Both the position numbers and the translations under genes were made by a program. The notes beneath the pieces are model-generated. The model was given only the letters and a program-made list of their open reading frames with translations, made no database searches and was not told the DNA's origin. From positions 3,958 through 67,957 of the forward strand of contig CAZLOI010000001.1 of NCBI GenBank assembly GCA_964561155.1: 64,000 bases of DNA. Direction: 5' to 3'. Below, piece after piece: positions 9,989 through 17,631 of the stretch (position 1 is its first letter; every line of letters starts with the position of its first letter). This DNA comes from an uncultured Candidatus Saccharibacteria bacterium (GTDB lineage Bacteria > Patescibacteriota > Dojkabacteria > J137).

Positions 9989-10036
9989 AAACACCGTCCC
10001 TCACGCACTCTTTTAAAAGTCTTTGGGACGGTGTTT
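9989..10036. terminator. 12-bp perfect inverted repeat (AAACACCGTCCC...GGGACGGTGTTT) with 24-nt loop containing a nested CTTTTAAAAG palindrome; probable terminator or structured RNA element downstream of the dsbA-like operon
   Basis: Left arm 9989-10000 and right arm 10025-10036 are exact reverse complements. The element is followed by TTTGGTT on the plus strand and sits 6 nt downstream of the stop of the minus-strand gene ending at 10043. Loop size is atypically large for an intrinsic terminator. Confidence 0.4.
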
Positions 10037-10042
10037 TGGTTA

Positions 10043-10867
10043 TTAGTTCAAGAAACCATCAACAGTACTTTGCATATCTGTATAACTATATGCTCCTGCG
10101 AAATTAATTTCATTAACAAAGAAACCAGGTGTACCAGATACTCCTAAAGAAGTTCCGATAGCTGAGTCATCTGCTATTACGTTGTTATATTTACCCTGTT
10201 CAATACATGATTTAATATATCCTTTATCTACACCATCCGGAACTATAGCTAGCAACTGATCAATTGCTCCATCGTTATTCTTAACAACATCGTTTATTAC
10301 TGCATATCCTTCTGCTGAATAGAATGCATCATGAGCTTCCCAGAATGCACCAACATCATTAGCACAGTAAAGAGCTTTTGTTGAAGTCTCTCCATTTCCG
10401 TGACCGTTAGTATAGAACCACATATAACTTGCTTCTCCAGAATCAACTAACTTCTTGAATTCCTTAACTGGAGCAACATATGTACCTCCATCTTCAACTA
10501 AAGTGAATTGAGCACCTGCTGAAGTATTTAAGTCTCCGTTATTTCCTCCTGCAATATGACAATATGGACAACTAGGATCTGAGAATTCTACAAATGTTAC
10601 TGCTCTACTTGAATCTCCAAATTTAATTCCTTGAGGAGAATCATAAAGTGCTGTAATTGCTTCTCTTGTAACAGTTGCAGCACCACCTGTAGTTGTACCA
10701 GTAGTAGTTGTCGTAGCTGTCGTACCAGTATTAACTCCACCCTTTAGTGAATTGCCGATACTTCCTAAACCAAAATAGATTCCTGTTGTTAGAATAAGCG
10801 CTGAAAGAACTATAGCTATAGGCATAAATAGAGCTTCAAGATTTATTGTTGTTACCTCCTTATCCAT
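10043..10867 (-). CDS. DsbA-like thiol:disulfide oxidoreductase, membrane-anchored, with Thr/Gly-rich linker
   Basis: 274 aa with an N-terminal TM helix and a low-complexity TTATTTTTGTTTGGAAT linker. The thioredoxin fold carries the CPYC active site (FSDPSCPYCHIA) and GVSGTPGFFVN near the C-terminus, typical of DsbA/BdbD-family proteins. Confidence 0.75.
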   Translation of the reverse strand: MDKEVTTINLEALFMPIAIVLSALILTTGIYFGLGSIGNSLKGGVNTGTTATTTTTGTTTGGAATVTREAITALYDSPQGIKFGDSSRAVTFVEFSDPSCPYCHIAGGNNGDLNTSAGAQFTLVEDGGTYVAPVKEFKKLVDSGEASYMWFYTNGHGNGETSTKALYCANDVGAFWEAHDAFYSAEGYAVINDVVKNNDGAIDQLLAIVPDGVDKGYIKSCIEQGKYNNVIADDSAIGTSLGVSGTPGFFVNEINFAGAYSYTDMQSTVDGFLN

Positions 10868-10890
10868 TTAGATTATTTAAAAATTAAATA

Positions 10891-11457
10891 TTATTTACTT
10901 AGTAAAGTATTCCTTAAATATTCAAACTTAGCGTTTAAATCCATACTGAATAATAACCTAGATAAAAAGAATACGCACGGAACGAAAACAATATTACCAA
11001 GAATCTGATTATACAAAAAAGGTAAACCATTTATATAGCTATCCGCTAGTCCTACAAGATCTTTCGTATACATCTTCGATGTAACCACTACTCCAAAATT
11101 CGTCCAGAAGAAAAAGAAAAAAGTAGAAGTTAATCCAGAAAGAACATTTATAGCAACATTGCTTTTAGAATTTGATAATTGATTAACAACTTTTCCTAAG
11201 ATAACTGGGAATAGAAATCCACTCCAAGTAAATAAAGCTATTATTGTATTACCAAGAATAAGATCTGTTAGGAATAAAGAAACTATTGGCACTAGATATG
11301 GACTAAAGCGGTCCCTAAAGAAGAAACCTGCTGAAAAAGAAGTTGCAGTTACGAATTCCACGTTATAGCCTATTCGAAAAACTGTTCTAGTTAATAGTAC
11401 AACTACAACTGCTATAAAGATGAATAGGAATGTGTTTAGCGATTTCTGATGTTTCAT
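10891..11457 (-). CDS. integral membrane protein (5-6 TM), possibly an ECF-transporter S-component-like protein
   Basis: The ORF track gives 10891..11490. The in-frame ATG at 11457 (MKHQKSLNTFLFIFIAVVVVLL) abuts the stop of the upstream gene and is the more likely start. The 188-aa size, hydrophobic profile and adjacency to a DUF4430-like protein are reminiscent of CbrT-type S components (inference only). Confidence 0.4.
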   Translation of the reverse strand: MKHQKSLNTFLFIFIAVVVVLLTRTVFRIGYNVEFVTATSFSAGFFFRDRFSPYLVPIVSLFLTDLILGNTIIALFTWSGFLFPVILGKVVNQLSNSKSNVAINVLSGLTSTFFFFFWTNFGVVVTSKMYTKDLVGLADSYINGLPFLYNQILGNIVFVPCVFFLSRLLFSMDLNAKFEYLRNTLLSK

Positions 11458-12119
11458 TATATCTCTGTCGTGAATGCTACAAGCTTCCAATCTACAACAT
11501 CACCTTCAGCCAATACTAGATCTGATATTCCAACTGCTGCTGGATTTCCGTTTACACTTAATTCCCAGAATTCTGATGTAGAATCTGCAGCTATTCCGTT
11601 TACAGCTGTTACAAATTTACCGAACGATGAATCTGAATATTCAAAGCTAAATTCAGGATCCGCTGCTGCAAGCCTAGTCATGTAATCGAATGCAGTTTCA
11701 TTTTCCTCAGGAACAAGATTAAAAGTAATGGATCCTTCATCGGTGTTCACTACTACAGAAACAAATGATGTTAATTGAGTCCCTTCTGCTGTATCTTTAA
11801 ATTCACAAACCTGAACACACTGTAACGTACATACTTCCTGCTCTGGATTATTCCTACATGCAGATGCACATTCATTGAATACCCCACCTTCGTTTACACA
11901 CATTGCTTCAGAAATACCCTCACACTCCTGGGATTCTTCTAACCAAGTACCATTATTGTCTTCACAGTATGTTTGCAACTCTGATTTTGATTCAACATTA
12001 TCTTCTGTTGCAGGAGTCTTTGAATTATTTGATAGAAGGACAGCAATAAAAGCAATTGCTGCTATTACTACGACAGTTAAAACAGCAGTTAAGATACTTT
12101 TTGATCTAGAAGATTCCAT
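11457..12119 (-). CDS. membrane-anchored Cys-rich extracytoplasmic protein with DUF4430-like C-terminal domain
   Basis: The ORF track start (12221) lies in an implausible leader. The ATG at 12119 gives MESSRSKSILTAVLTVVVIAAIAFIAVLL (signal anchor). A 10-Cys module follows (CEDNNGTWLEESQECEGISEAMCVNEGGVFNECASACRNNPEQEVCTLQCVQVCEF). The C-terminus FGKFVTAVNGIAADSTSEFWELSVNGNPAAVGISDLVLAEGDVVDWKL fits the DUF4430 pattern (G.fv..I.G.......W...vNG.....g.....l..GD.v.w.y). Confidence 0.5.
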   Translation of the reverse strand: MESSRSKSILTAVLTVVVIAAIAFIAVLLSNNSKTPATEDNVESKSELQTYCEDNNGTWLEESQECEGISEAMCVNEGGVFNECASACRNNPEQEVCTLQCVQVCEFKDTAEGTQLTSFVSVVVNTDEGSITFNLVPEENETAFDYMTRLAAADPEFSFEYSDSSFGKFVTAVNGIAADSTSEFWELSVNGNPAAVGISDLVLAEGDVVDWKLVAFTTEI

Positions 12120-12340
12120 GTTTATTTCATAATAAATACCTTGGTATAGAATAAAAAAATCAGAACTAAATGTCAAAGGAAAAATACTATATGTTGGTAC
12201 CGAAGGATCGCCAACACACAACTAGTAGATATCTGTTAACTAATTATTCGATGCATTTTGTATTACAAAACAATGTGAGTTATTTTTGGGAATGATATAA
12301 CTTCATCAACTCTAGAGTTATATTTATTATTTATAAAAAT

Positions 12341-12658
12341 ATGAACATGCAACAGCTTGTTTTGCTCGGAAGAGCGACACGCGACACAGAAGAGCTAACT
12401 TCAAAGGAAGACAAGAAGTACGCTAAATTCAGTGTTGCGGTAAATGAATTTAATGGTAAGACTAAGGAAGAGAAGACTACTTTCTACGATATACTCGTAT
12501 TCGGCCCAACAGCTGAATCAGCAGTCGAGAAAGTTAAGAAAGGAGATGCGGTTATGGTTATGGGTAAACCAGAAGTCGAAGCTTTTATCTCTAAGAAAGA
12601 TAAGGAGCCAAAGGTTTCTATTACAGTAATCTCTGAATCTTGGAGAGTTTTAAAGTAA
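12341..12658 (+). CDS. ssb: single-stranded DNA-binding protein (short form, no acidic tail)
   Basis: 105 aa. LVLLGRATRDTEEL...AKFSVAVNEF...FYDILVFGPTAESAVEKVKKGDAVMVMGK matches the SSB OB-fold pattern (vilvGrLtrDPelR...a.ftlAvnr...f..vv.w...Ae.va.ylkKGs.v.veGrl). Confidence 0.6.
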   Translation: MNMQQLVLLGRATRDTEELTSKEDKKYAKFSVAVNEFNGKTKEEKTTFYDILVFGPTAESAVEKVKKGDAVMVMGKPEVEAFISKKDKEPKVSITVISESWRVLK

Positions 12659-12691
12659 AACTATAGTCACTTCTTTTTGATAAGCACTCTG

Positions 12692-12727
12692 GCCCCCTAG
12701 TTCCTGCAGGATCTAGGGGTGTTGATT
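12692..12727 (+). terminator. near-perfect 26-nt palindrome CCCCTAGTTCCTGCAGGATCTAGGGG followed by TGTTGATTTTACT; intrinsic terminator candidate after ssb
   Basis: 7-bp arms CCCCTAG/CTAGGGG (12694-12700 / 12713-12719) flank an inner palindrome TCCTGCAGGA. A T-rich tract lies immediately 3'. Located 35 nt after the ssb stop. Confidence 0.45.
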
Positions 12728-12747
12728 TTACTAAGCTGGTATATAAT

Positions 12748-13926
12748 ATGCTCATGGAACCCCTAGCATCACTTTACAGACCAGACAACCTAGATGAATT
12801 CATCGGACAAGAGAAACTTACAGATCAAGTTAGGAAACTAATCACTAATAATAGGTTACCTTCTATGATTTTCTGGGGTCCGCCTGGAACTGGAAAGACA
12901 ACACTTGCATACATTATTTCTAAAACTTTCAATTCGGAATTCTTCAAGCTATCTGCTGTAAATAGCGGAAAAGCAAAGCTTAACTTAATTGTTAAGAAAG
13001 CAATGACTTCAAGAAAAGATGGCAAGAATACTATTTTGTTTCTTGATGAAATACATAGATGGAATAAAGCTCAACAAGATGCTCTTCTACCATATGTAGA
13101 AAAAGGAGTTATAACACTAATAGGTGCAACAACTGAAAATCCATCATTCTCATTAATTCCAGCTCTACTCTCTCGAAGCAGAGTCTTTACTTTCTACAAA
13201 CATTCTCAACTAGATGTCGTTAAGTTTGTAAATAGACTGTTATCAAAACTCGCATCTGATATTAAGATTGATTCTAAAGCTATTGAAAAGATTGCAGAAT
13301 CTAGTGATGGAGATCTAAGAACAGCTGGCAATATTGTTGATTACATAATCAACTTAGGAATGAAAAAGATTGGAGTTAAGGATTTAAAAGATGTTATTGA
13401 AAACTTTCTTCAGTATGAACGTGGTGGTGAAGACCATTACAATATAATATCGGCTGTACATAAATCGTTACGTGATTCAGATCCAGACGGTGGAGTCTAT
13501 TGGGTAATGAGAATGATTGCAGCTGGGGAAGATCCAGTTTACATTGCAAGAAGACTTGTTAGATTTGCATCAGAAGATATTGGTAATGCAGATCCAATGG
13601 CATTGATACTAGCTAACTCTGTAATGGATACTTGCAAGAATCTAGGTATGCCTGAAGCAGATGTAGCTCTGGTTCAGCTTGCAATATATCTAGCAAAAGC
13701 TCCAAAGGATAATAGTGCGACAGTTGCTGCAGGCCTTGCAAGAATTGATATAGACAAGTATGGTTCCTTGCCTGTTCCTATGCATATAAGGAATGCTCCT
13801 ACAAAGTTTATGAAGGAAGAAGGTTATGGGAAAGGGTATAAATACTATCATGACCATAAAGATGATCCTAACTTTAGCCAGGAGCATTTACCTGATGAAT
13901 TAAAGGATAGAAAATATGTCCCCTAG
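12748..13926 (+). CDS. rarA: replication-associated recombination protein A (AAA+ ATPase RarA/MgsA)
   Basis: [44 protein letters not shown] (Walker A), [38 protein letters not shown] (Walker B/sensor), plus the C-terminal MgsA helical domain. The likely true start is the second ATG at 12754, which sits 6 nt after TATAAT at 12742-12747. Confidence 0.85.
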   Translation: MLMEPLASLYRPDNLDEFIGQEKLTDQVRKLITNNRLPSMIFWGPPGTGKTTLAYIISKTFNSEFFKLSAVNSGKAKLNLIVKKAMTSRKDGKNTILFLDEIHRWNKAQQDALLPYVEKGVITLIGATTENPSFSLIPALLSRSRVFTFYKHSQLDVVKFVNRLLSKLASDIKIDSKAIEKIAESSDGDLRTAGNIVDYIINLGMKKIGVKDLKDVIENFLQYERGGEDHYNIISAVHKSLRDSDPDGGVYWVMRMIAAGEDPVYIARRLVRFASEDIGNADPMALILANSVMDTCKNLGMPEADVALVQLAIYLAKAPKDNSATVAAGLARIDIDKYGSLPVPMHIRNAPTKFMKEEGYGKGYKYYHDHKDDPNFSQEHLPDELKDRKYVP

Positions 13927-13928
13927 AC

Positions 13929-13957
13929 TTGGCAACATTTCACATGATTGCTATAAT
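13929..13957 (+). promoter_or_regulatory. near-consensus sigma70 promoter TTGGCA-N17-TATAAT, 5 nt upstream of ATG 13963 (predicts a leaderless mRNA)
   Basis: TTGGCA at 13929-13934, exactly 17-nt spacer, TATAAT at 13952-13957, then CTTGC, then ATG. No SD sequence. Confidence 0.45.
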
Positions 13958-13962
13958 CTTGC

Positions 13963-15021
13963 ATGGATAAGATTAGCCAGGCACCAAAGTTTGTAGCAAG
14001 TTTTGATGAGAGCCCAAAGAACTCTCGAGAATGGCATGCCTTAATCTCTCTAGTTAACACTGCACTATCTACTGGAATATCCCAAGAAACACTACAAGAC
14101 TTAAAGGAATTAAGCTTTAGATTGAGAAATGAACTTCAAGAATTACCACTACTATTCAAAGACAAGATAGCTATTGCAAAGCGACTTGTTCTTATCGATT
14201 GCCTCGTATATTCACAGGATCCTGCATACGAATACCCTATTGAACTGAAATACGACCCATACTTTATTAGAGAAGAGGTTGATAGCGTAATAGATAGATG
14301 CGACCTTAGTTCTCCTAGATTCTTTGGACTTTTTGAACTAGTTAAGATTCATGCTGAATTTGCTAATCATAGTTCTGCTTTCAATGATTATTTAGATGAA
14401 CTTACAAATGATCTTTCAACAATATTACATAGCAACAAAGATGAACTTGCAGAATCTCTAAAGGACGAACTAGAAACAGGAGCTATAGAAGCTGGTGTAT
14501 CAAAGAATGACAAAGATGGTAAAACCTTTGCTCCAAAACGCGCAAGAAGAAAGAGGGGTAATATTTATGATCTTGATGATCTTCATACAAGAGGAATATC
14601 GATTCTAGATGTTGACGTCAAAAGTGTTATCGCTTCTCAGAAAAAGAAAGATCTTGTAGGTGCTACAAAGGTATTTATAGAGATAATGCTTGATTTCTAC
14701 CAAGACGAAGTAGCTATGTTTACTGAATCATCTCCTGAATATTTGTATCATGGATCTAAAACTGAAGAAAGAATGGAGTATGTGAATACCGAAATCAACG
14801 ATGCTGTTGAACTACTTAGTTTTTGGATTGAGGAAGCTTGCAAAGCTATAAAGAATAGAAATGCACAGCATAGACTTATTTCAGAAGCATTTTTGTATTT
14901 GCACTATGCTTTAATCGACATAGCTAATCAATATGTATTAGAAAGTGAAGAGACACCTTTTATTGGTGTCCTACACAATCTTGCACAAAGAAATGAACTT
15001 CTAAAGCCACAAGAGGCTTAA
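13963..15021 (+). CDS. hypothetical cytoplasmic protein (352 aa, predicted alpha-helical, acidic)
   Basis: Long intact ORF with genome-typical codon usage. No recognisable catalytic motif. The internal KRARRKRG basic patch is the only notable feature. Confidence 0.4.
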   Translation: MDKISQAPKFVASFDESPKNSREWHALISLVNTALSTGISQETLQDLKELSFRLRNELQELPLLFKDKIAIAKRLVLIDCLVYSQDPAYEYPIELKYDPYFIREEVDSVIDRCDLSSPRFFGLFELVKIHAEFANHSSAFNDYLDELTNDLSTILHSNKDELAESLKDELETGAIEAGVSKNDKDGKTFAPKRARRKRGNIYDLDDLHTRGISILDVDVKSVIASQKKKDLVGATKVFIEIMLDFYQDEVAMFTESSPEYLYHGSKTEERMEYVNTEINDAVELLSFWIEEACKAIKNRNAQHRLISEAFLYLHYALIDIANQYVLESEETPFIGVLHNLAQRNELLKPQEA

Positions 15022-16266
15022 TTACTTCTTTGGTTTTGCATTTACACTTTGGTTCACTAGCAACGCTACTATCATTCCTGAAAGTACAGCAGAAACTACT
15101 CCAACAATATCGTATATTACCCAATTCTTTGATAGAGGTCCTAGGACAATCACTATTGCAAGTAAAGCTATGAATAGGTTTCTAAGTAGGTTCTTTGTAT
15201 ACCACTTACCTTTATAGAACATGTAAATTAGGAATACTCCCAAAGATATTAATACTATCATTGAAATAAATGTTGCAGTGGATAGAACAGCTGATGAAAG
15301 TTTAAGCAAACTTATTGTTGTTAGTACAAATAATACAGCAATTAACAATTGTCTCTTTCCAAGTATCTTTCTATTAATCCAATACAATACTCCTGTTACT
15401 ATCAACACAACTGCTGCTCCAAAGATAAATTGAGAAGCCAAACTATTTAACGGGAAATTTACAGGTAGCTCAACAACGTTTTCATCTATTGTAAATGCAT
15501 ATTCACTAGCTATACTTTCTGTAAAGTATGCTTTAACAATTGATAATGATCTAATTGTATTAACGTTTTGTGATACTGGTACCAATCTGAATGTTGTTTC
15601 TGGGTCACTTGTGAACTGTGTCTTTGCAACAAAGAATGCTTGTGCTCCATCGATATTCATGTAGAAATATCCTTGAGCAATGTTTCCTGACATTGCTGTT
15701 GTTAATTGAGGAAGTCTTTCAGTTCTAAATGATACAACCAAGTGATTTCCTAATGCAGGTAGGTATGTTTGTGTAACAGCACCAACGATATCGTAATCGA
15801 ACACATCAACTGGTGTTGTTCCATCTTGTCCAAAGAACTCGAACTTTGCTGCAGCTACCAACTGCTTTGTTAGTTCTGGAATCTCTTGATAGTATTTAGG
15901 ATATTCAAAAACAATTGATTCTGAATCTCTATAAATATTTACATCGTATAATCCAGATACCAATGCTCTATTTTGAAATCTAACCAATCCATCTGCAATA
16001 ACTGCTTCCTTTTGTTCCTCTGTTAATTCTTTTTCACCAAAGTCTGGTGTTGTCTTTAGTTGATATGATGGATAAAGACCCTTGCCCTCTCTTATATTTC
16101 CAATTGTAGAACCTGAATACAATAAGTTTCCATCAATTTCTGGATACTTAATTGAGTTCTCTCCAATCTTTACTGTGAATGATGGGATAACAAAAAGTAG
16201 AAGGATTGTATTGATTAATAGAAGAAGGAATACGCTGAATTTAATTTTCTTTATTTTACTAAACAT
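15022..16266 (-). CDS. hypothetical membrane protein (N-terminal signal anchor, about 260-aa extracytoplasmic domain, 4 C-terminal TM helices)
   Basis: 414 aa. N-terminal FSVFLLLLINTILLLFVIPSF and a C-terminal hydrophobic block FIFGAAVVLIVTGVLYW...LIAVLFVLTTISLL...FISMIVLISLGVFLIYMF...LFIALLAIVIVLG. Confidence 0.4.
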   Translation of the reverse strand: MFSKIKKIKFSVFLLLLINTILLLFVIPSFTVKIGENSIKYPEIDGNLLYSGSTIGNIREGKGLYPSYQLKTTPDFGEKELTEEQKEAVIADGLVRFQNRALVSGLYDVNIYRDSESIVFEYPKYYQEIPELTKQLVAAAKFEFFGQDGTTPVDVFDYDIVGAVTQTYLPALGNHLVVSFRTERLPQLTTAMSGNIAQGYFYMNIDGAQAFFVAKTQFTSDPETTFRLVPVSQNVNTIRSLSIVKAYFTESIASEYAFTIDENVVELPVNFPLNSLASQFIFGAAVVLIVTGVLYWINRKILGKRQLLIAVLFVLTTISLLKLSSAVLSTATFISMIVLISLGVFLIYMFYKGKWYTKNLLRNLFIALLAIVIVLGPLSKNWVIYDIVGVVSAVLSGMIVALLVNQSVNAKPKK

Positions 16267-16326
16267 AATAAGATTGATAATATTAATTGAGATTATATAC
16301 TATTTGACTAAAATCTTTAAACAATT

Positions 16327-16593
16327 ATGGACGATGGAACACAAAACACTAATTCAAATTCAGATACTATAACTAGACTTCAAAATTTAGCGAGAGTAAG
16401 TAGATTTCTTGCAACTCAGATAAATGACTCAACTGAAGAATCCGATTACTTTATAGCAAAGCAATCATTAAAGGATTTCTCAGCTGAACTATTAGGTCTT
16501 CCTCTAGAACCGCAACTCAAAGAAGATATGCGATTGTTTGTAGAATTCTTAAACACATCGCTTGAGAATAAGTACAAATTACATAGAGGATAG
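16327..16593 (+). CDS. hypothetical small protein (88 aa)
   Basis: ORF only. Its 3' end overlaps the convergent Fic-like gene by 15 nt. Confidence 0.2.
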   Translation: MDDGTQNTNSNSDTITRLQNLARVSRFLATQINDSTEESDYFIAKQSLKDFSAELLGLPLEPQLKEDMRLFVEFLNTSLENKYKLHRG

Positions 16594-17619
16594 TCGATAT
16601 TTCGTTCCTCTACCCTGTCCTTCTATCTTTAGAAGATTCTTGTCTACTAGGTCGTTTAGATCTCTAAATGCAGTCATTGTTGAAACATCCATCATATGAC
16701 AATAGTCTTCTCTCTTTATCGAAGGTACTGTTTGTAGATACCTTAGAACCTTTAACTGTCTTGGGTTTAGATCCAAGAAAGGTTGTTTTTTAGATTTCTC
16801 ATCTTCCATTAACAATTCAGATACTGATTCTTTGATATCAAGTAAGTCCTTATTTATGGTATCTAGAAACACTTCTACAAAAGGAGCCATATCGTTACTG
16901 TTTCTTGAAACTCGTAAGCCTTCGATGAATCTTGAGAAATTCGAATACAGGTTCTTTGCAAAAGATGTATATGTCCTTAATGAAAGTCCAGATTTGTATA
17001 GAAGATAATCTATCATTGCGATAGTGGTTACCTTGTTGCCGTAATTGTATGGTGAAATATCAAGAAGCTTATAGAACAAAACTGCAGCTCTTATAAGTGG
17101 TGTTACTGTTGTTGTTGAATTATTGTACCAATCAATCAACTTGCTTAACTCTATTTCAGGTTGTGCGATTTCTTTATTCTTTAGTTCATACCAATCATCA
17201 TACTTGTCAGGAGTATTGTCTGAATATACAGATCTGAAGTTAAGATCATCAAGACTATATATTCCGTTATTCAACATCTTGTTAACTTGCAACAAAATTG
17301 GGGTATCTACTTCTGCATATCCATCTACGGAAGTTGAATGAGTAAATTCTTTTACGATCTTAAAGTTCTTAAGTAGCTGTGCTCTCTCGTCTTTAATCTC
17401 TACTTGTGTTGCTGTAACGATTTTTTCTGCATCTTTTAAATCTATTTCTAAACCTAAGAGCAAAGAAAGATAGAATATATCGTTTGATTTTGCACTCAAT
17501 TGAAGCTTTGATTTAACTCCATTTGAAAGCTCAAGTAGCTGTACAGCAGTTTTATTTGCTTCTATCTTAACTAATCTTGTTACGATTCTGTCGTTGTATG
17601 TAAATTTTGGTTCTAGCAT
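16579..17619 (-). CDS. Fic/DOC family protein with degenerate active-site motif and C-terminal winged-helix domain
   Basis: 346 aa. The C-terminal LNPRQLKVLRYLQTVPSIKREDYCHMMDVSTMTAFRDLNDLVDKNLLKIEGQGRGTKYRL is the typical Fic C-terminal wHTH. The Fic core aligns LIRAAVLFYKLLDISPYNYGNKVTTIAM to consensus ikAalaHyqFeaIHPFxDGNGRvgRlL. The canonical HPFx[D/E]GNGR is therefore SPYNYGNKV (residues 189-197, nt 17029-17055), with H, F, D, second G and R all substituted. Confidence 0.65.
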   Translation of the reverse strand: MLEPKFTYNDRIVTRLVKIEANKTAVQLLELSNGVKSKLQLSAKSNDIFYLSLLLGLEIDLKDAEKIVTATQVEIKDERAQLLKNFKIVKEFTHSTSVDGYAEVDTPILLQVNKMLNNGIYSLDDLNFRSVYSDNTPDKYDDWYELKNKEIAQPEIELSKLIDWYNNSTTTVTPLIRAAVLFYKLLDISPYNYGNKVTTIAMIDYLLYKSGLSLRTYTSFAKNLYSNFSRFIEGLRVSRNSNDMAPFVEVFLDTINKDLLDIKESVSELLMEDEKSKKQPFLDLNPRQLKVLRYLQTVPSIKREDYCHMMDVSTMTAFRDLNDLVDKNLLKIEGQGRGTKYRLSSM

Positions 17620-17631
17620 ATCTTAATTGTA

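Noticed and set aside
9338-9994. Minus-strand short ORFs (9338-9595, 9809-9994) as real genes
   Set aside because: One has low-complexity translation and the other has a GTG start inside the hairpin element. They are mutually exclusive with the plus-strand 9453-9812 ORF, so none can be called with confidence. Only the plus ORF is listed, at 0.2.
12692-12721. The CCTGCAGG (SbfI-site) palindrome as a restriction-modification target or IS inverted repeat
   Set aside because: Single occurrence embedded in a hairpin followed by a T-tract directly after ssb. Most parsimoniously an intrinsic terminator.
16327-17619. Fic plus small adjacent ORF as a Phd/Doc-like toxin-antitoxin pair
   Set aside because: The small ORF is convergent (not an upstream co-transcribed antitoxin), and the Fic motif is degenerate, so a classical TA module is unlikely.
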